A stretch of 58,251 nt of DNA from Solirubrobacteraceae bacterium. GTDB taxonomy: Bacteria > Actinomycetota > Thermoleophilia > Solirubrobacterales > Solirubrobacteraceae. The position numbers and the translations under genes were made by a program. The notes below the pieces were generated by a model. It did not search any database. It was not told the DNA's origin and saw nothing but the letters and a program-made list of their open reading frames with translations. Below, one piece after another: positions 44,301-52,032 of this stretch. Each line of letters opens with the position of its first letter. Position 1 is the stretch's first letter. The stretch spans positions 1 through 58,251 of the forward strand of contig DASYID010000114.1 in NCBI GenBank assembly GCA_036252775.1, read 5' to 3'.

Positions 44301-45290
44301 TCAGCGCGCCAGCGAGCCGATCATCCGGGCCAGGTCCTCGGGCGCGGTGATCGGGGTGAGCACCAGTGTCCGGATGCCCCCGGCGGCATATTGCTCCAGG
44401 CGTTCGCGCTGCTCCTCGGGAGAGCCGAAGATGAAGATCTCGCGGATCAGCTCCTCGGGCGCGAGCTCAAGGGCGCGGGCGCGGTCGCCCTCACGCCAGG
44501 CCGCCACCATCGGATCCAGCTGCTCGCCCCACCCCAGCCAGCGGAAGAACTCGGCGTAGACCGGGACGGTGCCGTAGGCGGCGAACATGAAGCGAGCCAG
44601 GCCCATCCCCTCCTCGGCGCTCTGGGGCACGCAGAAGAAGCGGCACACCACGTCCACGCTGCCCGGCGCCTTGCCCGCCCGCGCCTCGCCCTCGCGGATG
44701 TGCTCGGTCACGGTGGGCAGGCCCGACAGGGGCAGGAAGTTCACGAACGCGCCGTCGCCGATCTCGCCCGCCAGGGCGAGCATCTTCTCCCTCAGCGCGG
44801 CCACGTAGATCGGCACGGGTGAGGCGGGAGCCTGCTCGAGCTTGAAGCCGCCGGGACCGCGCTCACCGGCCAGGATCGGGCGCAGCGCCGCGACGGTGTC
44901 GCGGACCTTCGACAGCGGCTTGTCGAAGGGGATCTGGTTCCAGCGCTCGACGATCACGTTCGAGGAGGCACCCAGCCCCAGGACGAACCGTCCCCGGCTG
45001 GCGTCGGCCAGCGCCGCGGCCTGCTGGGCCAGCACCGCGGGTCCGCGCGTGAAGGTGCTGACGATCCCGGTGCCCAGTCGCACCCGCTCGGTCCACGCCG
45101 CGGCGAGCGCCAGGGGGGTGAAGCCGTCGGGGCCCGTGGTGTCGCCGGTCCACAGGTCGTCGTAGCCCTGGTCCTCGGCCTGGCGGATGAGCGCCTCGGA
45201 ATCCGCCAGCGACACGCCGGGGAACGGAAGCGTCAGGCCCCAGCGCGTCTGGGGTGAGGGGTCGCCCGCCAAGACGCAGCAAGCTATCAC
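44301..45290 (-). CDS. LLM-class (luciferase-like) flavin/F420-dependent oxidoreductase
   Basis: It shows the typical LLM TIM-barrel pattern (LGTGIVSTFTRGPAVLAQQAAALA, VLGLGAS, GDGAFVNF). Confidence 0.8.
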   Translation of the reverse strand: MIACCVLAGDPSPQTRWGLTLPFPGVSLADSEALIRQAEDQGYDDLWTGDTTGPDGFTPLALAAAWTERVRLGTGIVSTFTRGPAVLAQQAAALADASRGRFVLGLGASSNVIVERWNQIPFDKPLSKVRDTVAALRPILAGERGPGGFKLEQAPASPVPIYVAALREKMLALAGEIGDGAFVNFLPLSGLPTVTEHIREGEARAGKAPGSVDVVCRFFCVPQSAEEGMGLARFMFAAYGTVPVYAEFFRWLGWGEQLDPMVAAWREGDRARALELAPEELIREIFIFGSPEEQRERLEQYAAGGIRTLVLTPITAPEDLARMIGSLAR

Positions 45291-45325
45291 CGCGCGAGCA
45301 GCGTAAGTCGGTATACGCTGCGCCC

Positions 45326-45784
45326 ATGGAAGGGTCCCGCCTGAGCCGCGGCGAGCTGATCGCGATCGTCGGTGGCGTGCTGCTAGGCGCCGGCCTGTTC
45401 CTGGACTGGTATCACTCCAGCTCGTCTCTGGCCAAGCTCAATGGTCAGGTCGGGGTGCACACCTTTTCGGGCTGGCAGCTGCACACCACGATGCGCTATC
45501 TGCTGCTGGCCGCGGCGCTGGCGCCGTTTATCCTCGCCTACATCATCGCCCGCGGTCACGCGCTGTCCTGGCCGCGGGGCGAGCTGACCGCGGTGGTGGC
45601 GATCGCCGCCTTCGGCCTGATTGCCTACAACGGGTTCGTGACCAAGCCGGGTGAGCCGCGCGGGGAGATCGCGCTGCAGTACGGGTTCTTCGTGTCGCTG
45701 GCGGGCACGCTGCTGATGCTGTTCGGGGCGGCCAGTCGCTCCTCGAAGACCGAGCGCAAGCGCAAGCCCCCCGGCACGCTCTGA
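45326..45784 (+). CDS. Small membrane protein (4 predicted TM), hypothetical
   Basis: The start was chosen at MEGSRLSRGELIAIVGG, followed by hydrophobic segments. Its stop overlaps the glpX ATG by 1 nt (TGATG). Confidence 0.55.
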   Translation: MEGSRLSRGELIAIVGGVLLGAGLFLDWYHSSSSLAKLNGQVGVHTFSGWQLHTTMRYLLLAAALAPFILAYIIARGHALSWPRGELTAVVAIAAFGLIAYNGFVTKPGEPRGEIALQYGFFVSLAGTLLMLFGAASRSSKTERKRKPPGTL

Positions 45785-46788
45785 TGCCCGCGGGCTCCCC
45801 GTCGGACCGGCCGGACCGCAACCTGGCCCTTGAGCTCGTGCGCGTCACCGAGTACGCCGCGCTGGCCGCGGCGCGGCTGGTGGGCATGGGCGACAAGGAG
45901 GCGGCCGACCAGGCCGCAGTGGACGCCATGCGTCTGATGCTCGAGACAGTGCGCATGGACGGCACGGTGGTCATCGGGGAGGGGGAGAAGGACGAGGCGC
46001 CGATGCTCTACAACGGCGAGCGCATCGGCGACGGGACCCCGCCCGAGGTCGACATCGCCGTCGACCCGCTGGAGGGCACCACGCTGACGGCGCGCGGGAT
46101 GCCCAATGCCCTGTCGGTGATCGCCCTGGCCGAACGCGGGTCGATGTTCGACCCCGGGCCATGCGTGTACATGGAGAAGATCGCCGGCGCGCAGGACATT
46201 GCCGACCTGCTCGACCTCGACCGCCCGCTGGCCCAGACGCTGTCGCTGGTGGCGCAGCGGCGGGGCGTTGCGGTCTCAGACGTGACGGTGGTGATGCTCG
46301 ACCGCGAGCGCCACCAGGAGGCGGTCGCTGCCATCCGCGCGGCGGGCGCGCGCGTGCGCTTCATCGCCGACGGCGATGTCGCCGGGGCGCTGCTGGCCGT
46401 CACCGATGACACCCCGGTCGATCTGTTGTGGGGGATCGGGGGGACCCCGGAGGGGGTCATCTCCGCCGCTGCGGTCAAGTGCATCGGTGGCCAGCTGCTC
46501 GGACGCCTATGGCCGCGCAACGACCAGGAGCGCCAGGCGGCGCTGGACGCCGGCTATGACCTCGACCGAGTCCTGTCGGTCGATGACCTGATCGCCTCGG
46601 ACAACTGCTTCTTCTCGGCCACCGGCGTGACCGACGGTGACGTCCTGCACGGGGTCCGCTACCAAGGCTCGGGGGCGGCCCACACCGAGTCGCTGGTGAT
46701 GCGCTCGCGCTCGGGCACGGTGCGCCGCGTGCGGGCTCGCCACGACCGCGCCAAGCTGCGCGCGATCACCGGCGGGCGAACGGGCTGA
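45784..46788 (+). CDS. glpX: Class II fructose-1,6-bisphosphatase
   Basis: Motifs are LELVRVTEYAALAAAR, KDEAPML, DPLEGTT and GIGGTPEGV. Confidence 0.95.
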   Translation: MPAGSPSDRPDRNLALELVRVTEYAALAAARLVGMGDKEAADQAAVDAMRLMLETVRMDGTVVIGEGEKDEAPMLYNGERIGDGTPPEVDIAVDPLEGTTLTARGMPNALSVIALAERGSMFDPGPCVYMEKIAGAQDIADLLDLDRPLAQTLSLVAQRRGVAVSDVTVVMLDRERHQEAVAAIRAAGARVRFIADGDVAGALLAVTDDTPVDLLWGIGGTPEGVISAAAVKCIGGQLLGRLWPRNDQERQAALDAGYDLDRVLSVDDLIASDNCFFSATGVTDGDVLHGVRYQGSGAAHTESLVMRSRSGTVRRVRARHDRAKLRAITGGRTG

Positions 46789-47556
46789 TCAGGCCGCCCG
46801 GCGGCGGGGGGCGGCCTGCGCGCCCTCGCGGGCGGGACGGCCCGTGGGTGGCGGGTCGGGCACCTCGGAGGCGTCCTCGGGCTCGGCGTAGCGCCCCACC
46901 CGTGACGGGGCGAGGTCCAGGCGCGCCAGCGAGCGCAGGAAGCCGTGGGTGACGATCACGTGCAGGCGAGACTGGGTTTCCTTGTAAACCCACCGGCCGA
47001 TCCCCGCGGCGATCGCCGGGTAGAAGTTGGCCACCTCGACCTCGACGTGGACCCGCGCCTGCCCGCTGGCGGGATCGGGGCGGCGCTGGACGTCGATCTG
47101 CAGGTAGCCGTCGCGGTCGCGGCCCGCCCGGGAGACCAGCACCCCGCTCTCGATGCGCCAGCGCACGATGCCGCGGTCGGCGTTCATCTCGTACTCGGGC
47201 GCGTGAAAGGACAGCAGCACGAAGGGGCGGCGCAGGAAGACCACGAAGCGCTCGCGCTCGCTGTAGTCGACGCGGATCAGACCCAGCGTGCAGCGCGACA
47301 GAAAGCGCCAGTAGGTGCGGGCCAGACGCTCCAGGTGCATCGGTGTCCAGATCGCCTGCAGGGCCTCGGCGGGCAGCGTCAGCTCGGCCGCCTGCACCGA
47401 GCGCACGGCGCCGTTGTCGTCCACCACGGTGGACTCCGCCGGATCGCGGATGACGGCCTCGGCCACGGTGCGCGAACGGTTCAGCAGCCGGCGCGAGAAG
47501 CCCAGCAGCGCGGCCGCGGCAGCGGCCAGTACCCCGATCAGGGCGATGCTCGGCAT
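46789..47556 (-). CDS. Hypothetical membrane-anchored protein
   Basis: The start was chosen at MPSIALIGVLAAAAAALLGF (one N-terminal TM). I recognise no family. The track extension to 47679 overlaps moeA. Confidence 0.5.
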   Translation of the reverse strand: MPSIALIGVLAAAAAALLGFSRRLLNRSRTVAEAVIRDPAESTVVDDNGAVRSVQAAELTLPAEALQAIWTPMHLERLARTYWRFLSRCTLGLIRVDYSERERFVVFLRRPFVLLSFHAPEYEMNADRGIVRWRIESGVLVSRAGRDRDGYLQIDVQRRPDPASGQARVHVEVEVANFYPAIAAGIGRWVYKETQSRLHVIVTHGFLRSLARLDLAPSRVGRYAEPEDASEVPDPPPTGRPAREGAQAAPRRRAA

Positions 47557-47650
47557 GGGCCAGAGCCTAGTGACTGGGATCGGTTGAGAGGGCGCGCCGG
47601 ACCGCGTCGGTGAACTCCAACGGGGTGCCGTTGAAGCCCGGCGGAGGCGC

Positions 47651-48850
47651 CTAGATCCAGACCAGCTCCACCTCGGCACCCTCGGCCACCGACCCCTCGC
47701 CCGCTTCGATCAGCGCCAGGGCCTGTGCCCCCAGCATCGAGCTCAGCCGGTGTGAGCCCTGGGCGCCGGTGGGCGTGGCCAGAAGCTCCGTGCCGCGCTG
47801 GGCCAGGACGACCCGCACCGCCTCGGTGCGACGCGGATGACGGGCGAGGGCCTGGGTCAGCCGGGCGCGGCGGCGCGGCGCCTCGGGGGGCGCCCCCTGC
47901 AGCGCGGCCAGGGCGGGAGCGGCGAACAGCGTGAACGTCACCATCGCCGAAGCGGGGTTGCCCGGCAGGCCGAAGACCAGCGTGCGCCCCCGGGTCCCAA
48001 ACCAGGTCGGCCCGCCCGGCCGCAGCGCGACTCGCCAGAAGGCCTCCGCCACGCCCAGCCCGAGCAGCGCCCCCTTGACGTGGTCGTGAGAGCCGACCGA
48101 GACGCCGCCGGAGACGATGACCATGTCGGCCTCCTGGAGGGCCCGGGCCAGCGCGGCGCGCGTGGCCGCCGCCTCGTCGGGGGCCGCGGTCGCCGCCACC
48201 ACGGTGGCGCCCGCCTGGCGGGCCAGGGCCGCCAGGGTGACGGCGTTTGAGTTGGGGATCTGGCCCGGCCCCGGGGTCAGGCCGGGGGCGACGAGCTCAT
48301 CGCCGGTGGCGACGATCGCCACCCGCGGCACCCGCGTGCAGCTCAGCCGCCCCGCCCCGGCCGCCACGGCTACTCCGAGCTCGGCCGGCCCCAGTCGCGC
48401 CCCTCGCGCCAGCGCCCGCTGGCCGGCGCGCATGTCCTCACCGGCGCGGCGCAGGTGCTGTCCCGCCCGCGGCGACTCGTGCAGGCGCAGCCGCCCGCCG
48501 TGCTCGGAGGTCTGCTCGACGGGCACCACGGCATCGGCCCCCTCCGGCATGGGGGCACCGGTGGAGATGCGCATCGCGGTCCCGGGGGCCAGCGGACTCA
48601 GGGCCGGCGCGCCGGCCCGTGACTCGCCAGCGATCGCGCGCTCCCCCGGTCCGTCGCCGGTGCACACGGCGAAGCCGTCCATCGCGCTGTTGTCGAAGGG
48701 CGGGACCTCGGTGGCGACGAGAATGTCCTCGCCGAGCACGCGCCCGAGGGCGTCGCCCACCGGGACTGCCTCGAGCTCCAGCGGGCGGACGGCGGCCAGC
48801 ACCCGCTCCCGGGCCTGGGTGATGGACTGTGGCTCGCTCACCGCCGACAT
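47651..48850 (-). CDS. moeA: Molybdopterin molybdenumtransferase MoeA
   Basis: Motifs are PPFDNSAMDGFAV and the SGGVSVGSHD region, and the length is about 399 aa from the ATG at 48850. The upstream 230 aa of the track ORF are spurious. Confidence 0.9.
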   Translation of the reverse strand: MSAVSEPQSITQARERVLAAVRPLELEAVPVGDALGRVLGEDILVATEVPPFDNSAMDGFAVCTGDGPGERAIAGESRAGAPALSPLAPGTAMRISTGAPMPEGADAVVPVEQTSEHGGRLRLHESPRAGQHLRRAGEDMRAGQRALARGARLGPAELGVAVAAGAGRLSCTRVPRVAIVATGDELVAPGLTPGPGQIPNSNAVTLAALARQAGATVVAATAAPDEAAATRAALARALQEADMVIVSGGVSVGSHDHVKGALLGLGVAEAFWRVALRPGGPTWFGTRGRTLVFGLPGNPASAMVTFTLFAAPALAALQGAPPEAPRRRARLTQALARHPRRTEAVRVVLAQRGTELLATPTGAQGSHRLSSMLGAQALALIEAGEGSVAEGAEVELVWI

Positions 48851-48913
48851 GTTGGCGCTAGCGAGCGCCGAGGCGGGTCGCGACGTCCTGGGCGGCTGGT
48901 ATTCACCCCTGTC

Positions 48914-50026
48914 ATGCGCGGTGCCCCGAGTCCCCGATGCCCGCGCCCGGTGGCCGACGCGCCGGTGGCCGAGCTCGTGGCCGACGCCCAGCAGCTGGCC
49001 CGTGACTGGCTGATCGAGATGCTGAGCGCCATCCCGTTGGACCAGGCGGCCTCGGTGCCCGTGGCCCGACTGGCCGCCGAGGGTCCGGCGCTGTGCGCGG
49101 CGATCGTGCGCGCGCTGGCTGACGACCGCGAGCTCGGCCGTCTCGGTTCCCAGGGCGATCTGGGCCCGCGCGCCGCCCAGGCCGGCTCGCTGGCCGGCGC
49201 CAGCGAGCCTCCCGCCGTCGCCGCGGCCGTCGAGACGCTGCGCCGCGTGCTGTGGGCGGCTACCGATGAGCAGCTTCGGCGGCCCTCCCCCCAGCAGGTA
49301 TCCGACCTCGCCAACCGCCTTGCTCACGTTTGTGCCGTCGTCCTGGCGGCGAGCCTCACCCCGGCCGGCGCCCCGCCCCCCCGGGCCACGATGCCCAGCG
49401 AGCGCCGCTCCGAGGAGGGTGGGACGCGCCGCGACGGCGAAGAGGACCCCGACCGGGGGCCGGGCGGATCGTCGGCGCCCGCCGAACGGCCCCCGCCGAG
49501 CCCCTTCGTCGAGCCCGAGATCGACGGGCCGATGTCGCTGGTCGACCAACGCCTGGCCTCCGCCGACGGTGGACGGCCCTGGCTTGAGGCCCTGGAGCGC
49601 CGCCTGGCGCGGCAGGCCCGGGGCGGGTCGGTCTTTGCCACGCTTCTGATCGAGCTCGATGGCGTCGAGCGGCTGCTGGCCTCAGAGACCGGACATGAGG
49701 TGGCGACCGCGATCGACGCGGTCGAGCGGGCCATCTGCCAGCAGCTCCGCCCGGCCGACGCCCTGATGCGCGAGAGCCTCGGGCGCTACTGGCTGATCAC
49801 CCCCGACACCGACGCCTCAGGCGCCGGGGAGCTCGCTGACCGGCTGGCGGGTGCCGTCGGGCAGGCCGCCAGCCTGCGCGGAGCTCCGCTGACGATCTCG
49901 ATCGGGATGGCTGTGGCGCCCGCCGACGGCGACCGGCCCGAGGGGCTCGCGGACGTGGCCGAGGAGGCCCTGTTTGCCGCCCGCGCCACCGGCCGCCACC
50001 GGGTCGTAGGCGACAGCGCCGGTTAG
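48914..50026 (+). CDS. GGDEF-domain protein with degenerate active site (SLGRY) and retained RxxD I-site
   Basis: The C-terminal pattern LLIELDGVERLLASETGHEVATAIDAV...LRPADALMRESLGRYWLI...ISIGMA matches the GGDEF fold. The N-terminal half is unassigned and the start is uncertain. Confidence 0.6.
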   Translation: MRGAPSPRCPRPVADAPVAELVADAQQLARDWLIEMLSAIPLDQAASVPVARLAAEGPALCAAIVRALADDRELGRLGSQGDLGPRAAQAGSLAGASEPPAVAAAVETLRRVLWAATDEQLRRPSPQQVSDLANRLAHVCAVVLAASLTPAGAPPPRATMPSERRSEEGGTRRDGEEDPDRGPGGSSAPAERPPPSPFVEPEIDGPMSLVDQRLASADGGRPWLEALERRLARQARGGSVFATLLIELDGVERLLASETGHEVATAIDAVERAICQQLRPADALMRESLGRYWLITPDTDASGAGELADRLAGAVGQAASLRGAPLTISIGMAVAPADGDRPEGLADVAEEALFAARATGRHRVVGDSAG

Positions 50027-50027
50027 C

Positions 50028-50771
50028 TCAGCGGCTGTGCGCGGCCGCGGGCCGGCCCAGAGCCAGCGCACCGATGGTGGTGCGCCCGTCGAAGCCCAGG
50101 GCGTGCGCGGTCGCGCCGGTGAGGTCCCACGTGGCGGCCGTGAAGGGGCCGCGATCGATGACCGGCACCGAGATCCGTCGGTGGCCGAAGGCGAACTCCA
50201 CCAGCGTGCCGCAGGGCAGCGTGCGGTGGGCTACGCCGAGCGTGTGGGGGGTCAGGCGCACGCCGCAGGCGGTGCGCTGACCGTAGGAGCCCGGGCCGTA
50301 CCACGTGGCCAGCGTGGGCCGGTAGACGGTGATCAGGCTGACCGTCGGGGTCGAGCTCGCCCGGGCCTGAGCGTCGCCCCTGTGCACGCGCACGGAGAAG
50401 CGCCCGATGTGATTCGTGCGCCAGCCAGCGGAATAGGCCCCCTGTCGGTCCGCGGTGGCGCTGAGCCGGGCCACCGTCTTTCCCCGCGGGCTGATGATCT
50501 CGATCGTCACCGTCTTGCCGGCGCCCTCGGTTCCGAGTTGGCCGCGGAAGCTGATCGTGCGTCCCAGCAGGGTGTAGGGGCTGGCGCTCAGGACCGGGGA
50601 GCCGCCGGCCATGTCGGGTGCCGCGCCGCCCGAGGCCCCTTCAGAGGTGGATGGTCCCTGCACCCCGCCGGTGCTCGCGGGTGCGGACGTGGCAGGGGCC
50701 ATCGCGGTCGCCGTCAGGGCGAGCACGAAGGCAAGCTTCGCGTGATGTGCGCGCGTAAGTCTCATCGTCAT
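50028..50771 (-). CDS. Secreted RlpA-like double-psi beta-barrel (DPBB) cell-wall protein
   Basis: A signal peptide is followed by ATWYGPGSYGQRTACG...LPCGTLVEF...VPVIDRGPF. Confidence 0.85.
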   Translation of the reverse strand: MTMRLTRAHHAKLAFVLALTATAMAPATSAPASTGGVQGPSTSEGASGGAAPDMAGGSPVLSASPYTLLGRTISFRGQLGTEGAGKTVTIEIISPRGKTVARLSATADRQGAYSAGWRTNHIGRFSVRVHRGDAQARASSTPTVSLITVYRPTLATWYGPGSYGQRTACGVRLTPHTLGVAHRTLPCGTLVEFAFGHRRISVPVIDRGPFTAATWDLTGATAHALGFDGRTTIGALALGRPAAAHSR

Positions 50772-50774
50772 CGA

Positions 50775-50900
50775 GGCCTACGGGGTGAGCTGACGGGCTC
50801 GCACCGAATCACGGCGCTACGGTCCCATCGGACCGATTCGCCCCAGCGAAACAGGTTCGCATTGGGTCCCCCGCCTTCTGTGTGCGGACACACGGAAGCT
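50775..50900 (-). promoter_or_regulatory. Cyclic-di-AMP riboswitch (ydaO/yuaA class) in the leader of the RlpA-like gene
   Basis: The minus strand carries GGCGGGGGACCCA (50863-50875), GGGGCGAAUC (50835-50844) and CCCGUCAGCUCACCCCGUAGGCC (50775-50797), in the order and spacing of the conserved ydaO core. It ends 3 nt before the ATG at 50771. A P2-like hairpin lies at about 50876-50900, and a possible P1 partner at 50928-50933. Confidence 0.8.
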
Positions 50901-50988
50901 CGGCGTCGGTGAACATAATACATCTAAGTAGGCGGAGTTGTGCCCGGCGAGCTCGGGCGCACCGCAATCCGGCGCTGCCCGCGAAAGC

Positions 50989-51702
50989 TCAGGGCTTGGG
51001 CAGCCGCGAGGCGGCCGAGCGCAGCAGCTCACGTCCGAAGGCCAGGCCGATCTGGGCCAGCTCTCCCGCCGTCTGTACCGCGGCGCCGACGATCTCCGGG
51101 CCGCTGGGCGGCTCGATCGAGCGACGGTCCTCCGCGGGGCGGGGCGGAGCGGGAGCGGGGGCGGGGGCGGGGGCCTTGCTTCGCGGCTTCGCGGGCCGTG
51201 CGGCGGGTTTTGCCGCCGCCTTGGGTTTTGCCGCCGCCTTGGGCTTTGCTGCCGCCTTGGGTTTTGCCGCCGCCTTGGGTTTTGCTGCCGCCTTGGGTTT
51301 TGCTGCCGCCTTGGGCTTTGCTGTCGCCTTGGGTTTTGCTGTCGCCTTGGGTTTTGCTGCGGCCTTGGGCTTTGCTGCGGCCTTGGGCTTCGCCGCCGCC
51401 TTCGATTTCGCCGCCTGGGGCTTGGCCTTCGCCCTGGGCTTGGCCTTCACCTTGGGCTTCGCCTGGGCCTTGGTCCCGGCGCCGGTCCCAGCCTGCGCCT
51501 CCGTGGGCGCCGCGTGTGCGGGGCGGCGACGGGCGCTGCGCAACTGGGGCCGCGTCCGGGGCAGGCTGGAGAGCACCTCGCGCTCGTCTCGGGAGGGTGG
51601 GGTCACCGCCAGATCATCGCGCACGCGTCCCGGCGAGGTCGGCTGGGTGAGGGGCGTGGATCCCCGCCCCGGCGAGCCCTGACCGGAGCCAGCCTTTTGC
51701 AC
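50989..51702 (-). CDS. Lys/Ala-rich (AAKPKA)n histone-H1/AlgP-like repeat protein with a short conserved-looking C-terminal segment
   Basis: It is the only ORF the six-frame track lists on the minus strand here. It has about 11 AAKPKA repeats and then ...EPPSGPEIVGAAVQTAGELAQIGLAFGRELL. The start (GTG 51702) is uncertain. Confidence 0.6.
   Translation of the reverse strand: MQKAGSGQGSPGRGSTPLTQPTSPGRVRDDLAVTPPSRDEREVLSSLPRTRPQLRSARRRPAHAAPTEAQAGTGAGTKAQAKPKVKAKPRAKAKPQAAKSKAAAKPKAAAKPKAAAKPKATAKPKATAKPKAAAKPKAAAKPKAAAKPKAAAKPKAAAKPKAAAKPAARPAKPRSKAPAPAPAPAPPRPAEDRRSIEPPSGPEIVGAAVQTAGELAQIGLAFGRELLRSAASRLPKP
51203..51415. repeat. 18-bp tandem repeat (about 11 units, TTGGG[T/C]TTTGC[C/T]G[C/T]CGCC) encoding AAKPKA
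   Basis: I counted ten clean units from 51221 to 51400, with degenerate units on both sides. Confidence 0.9.
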
Positions 51703-51874
51703 GGGGATTGCAGAGATGGGACCCAGGTTGGACTAAAGTCGGCGCTCTCGGCGTCCGACAGCGAAACTGCAGGCGGAATTTGCCGTATAGACATGGTCGA
51801 GCCACACACGCGGGTCGTGGGCGCGGTGTCTGAGGGCAGGACGTCAGGTTCAACCCCTCGGGCTCCGACGTTCG

Positions 51875-51902
51875 TTGACTTCAAGGAGAAAGCGCATAGC
51901 AT
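51875..51902 (+). promoter_or_regulatory. Candidate sigma-70-type promoter for rpoD/sigA
   Basis: TTGACT (51875-51880), a 16-nt spacer and TAGCAT (51897-51902) lie in a locally AT-richer stretch about 130 nt upstream of the ATG at 52033. This is a pattern match only. Confidence 0.3.
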
Positions 51903-52032
51903 AGGAACGCACGTTGGAGCCGCTGGACCGGGGGCGCTCCGCCCCGCGACTCGGCTCGATGGCGCCCCCATCCACACTGCGAGAACCAGTCGAGGCCCAG
52001 CGCCACGGCACGCCACGGAAACGGAACGCTAG

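Noticed and set aside
48851-49549. The upstream 233-aa extension of the MoeA ORF.
   Set aside because: MoeA has a full-length (about 399 aa) protein from the ATG at 48850. The extension is Arg/Gly-rich and overlaps the divergent GGDEF gene.
50911-50930. TATTAT (minus strand, 50920-50915) as a definite -10 promoter element for the riboswitch/RlpA-like transcript.
   Set aside because: No convincing -35 hexamer lies at 16-18 nt. The element lies between a candidate P1 strand (50928-50933) and the riboswitch core, so it may be part of the RNA. I left it as an open alternative within the riboswitch finding.
51840-51872. A tRNA-like T-loop sequence (GGTTCAACCCC).
   Set aside because: I found no complementary acceptor stem, D-arm or anticodon arm in the flanking 80 nt, so this is just a chance motif.
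50882-52032. Plus-strand ORFs through the 18-bp repeat (GFAAALGF..., LGFCRRLG..., WVLPPPW...).
   Set aside because: These repeat-driven open frames are implausible peptides. One would run through the rpoD promoter region. The minus-strand AAKPKA frame is the only one resembling a known protein class, though it still needs experimental confirmation.
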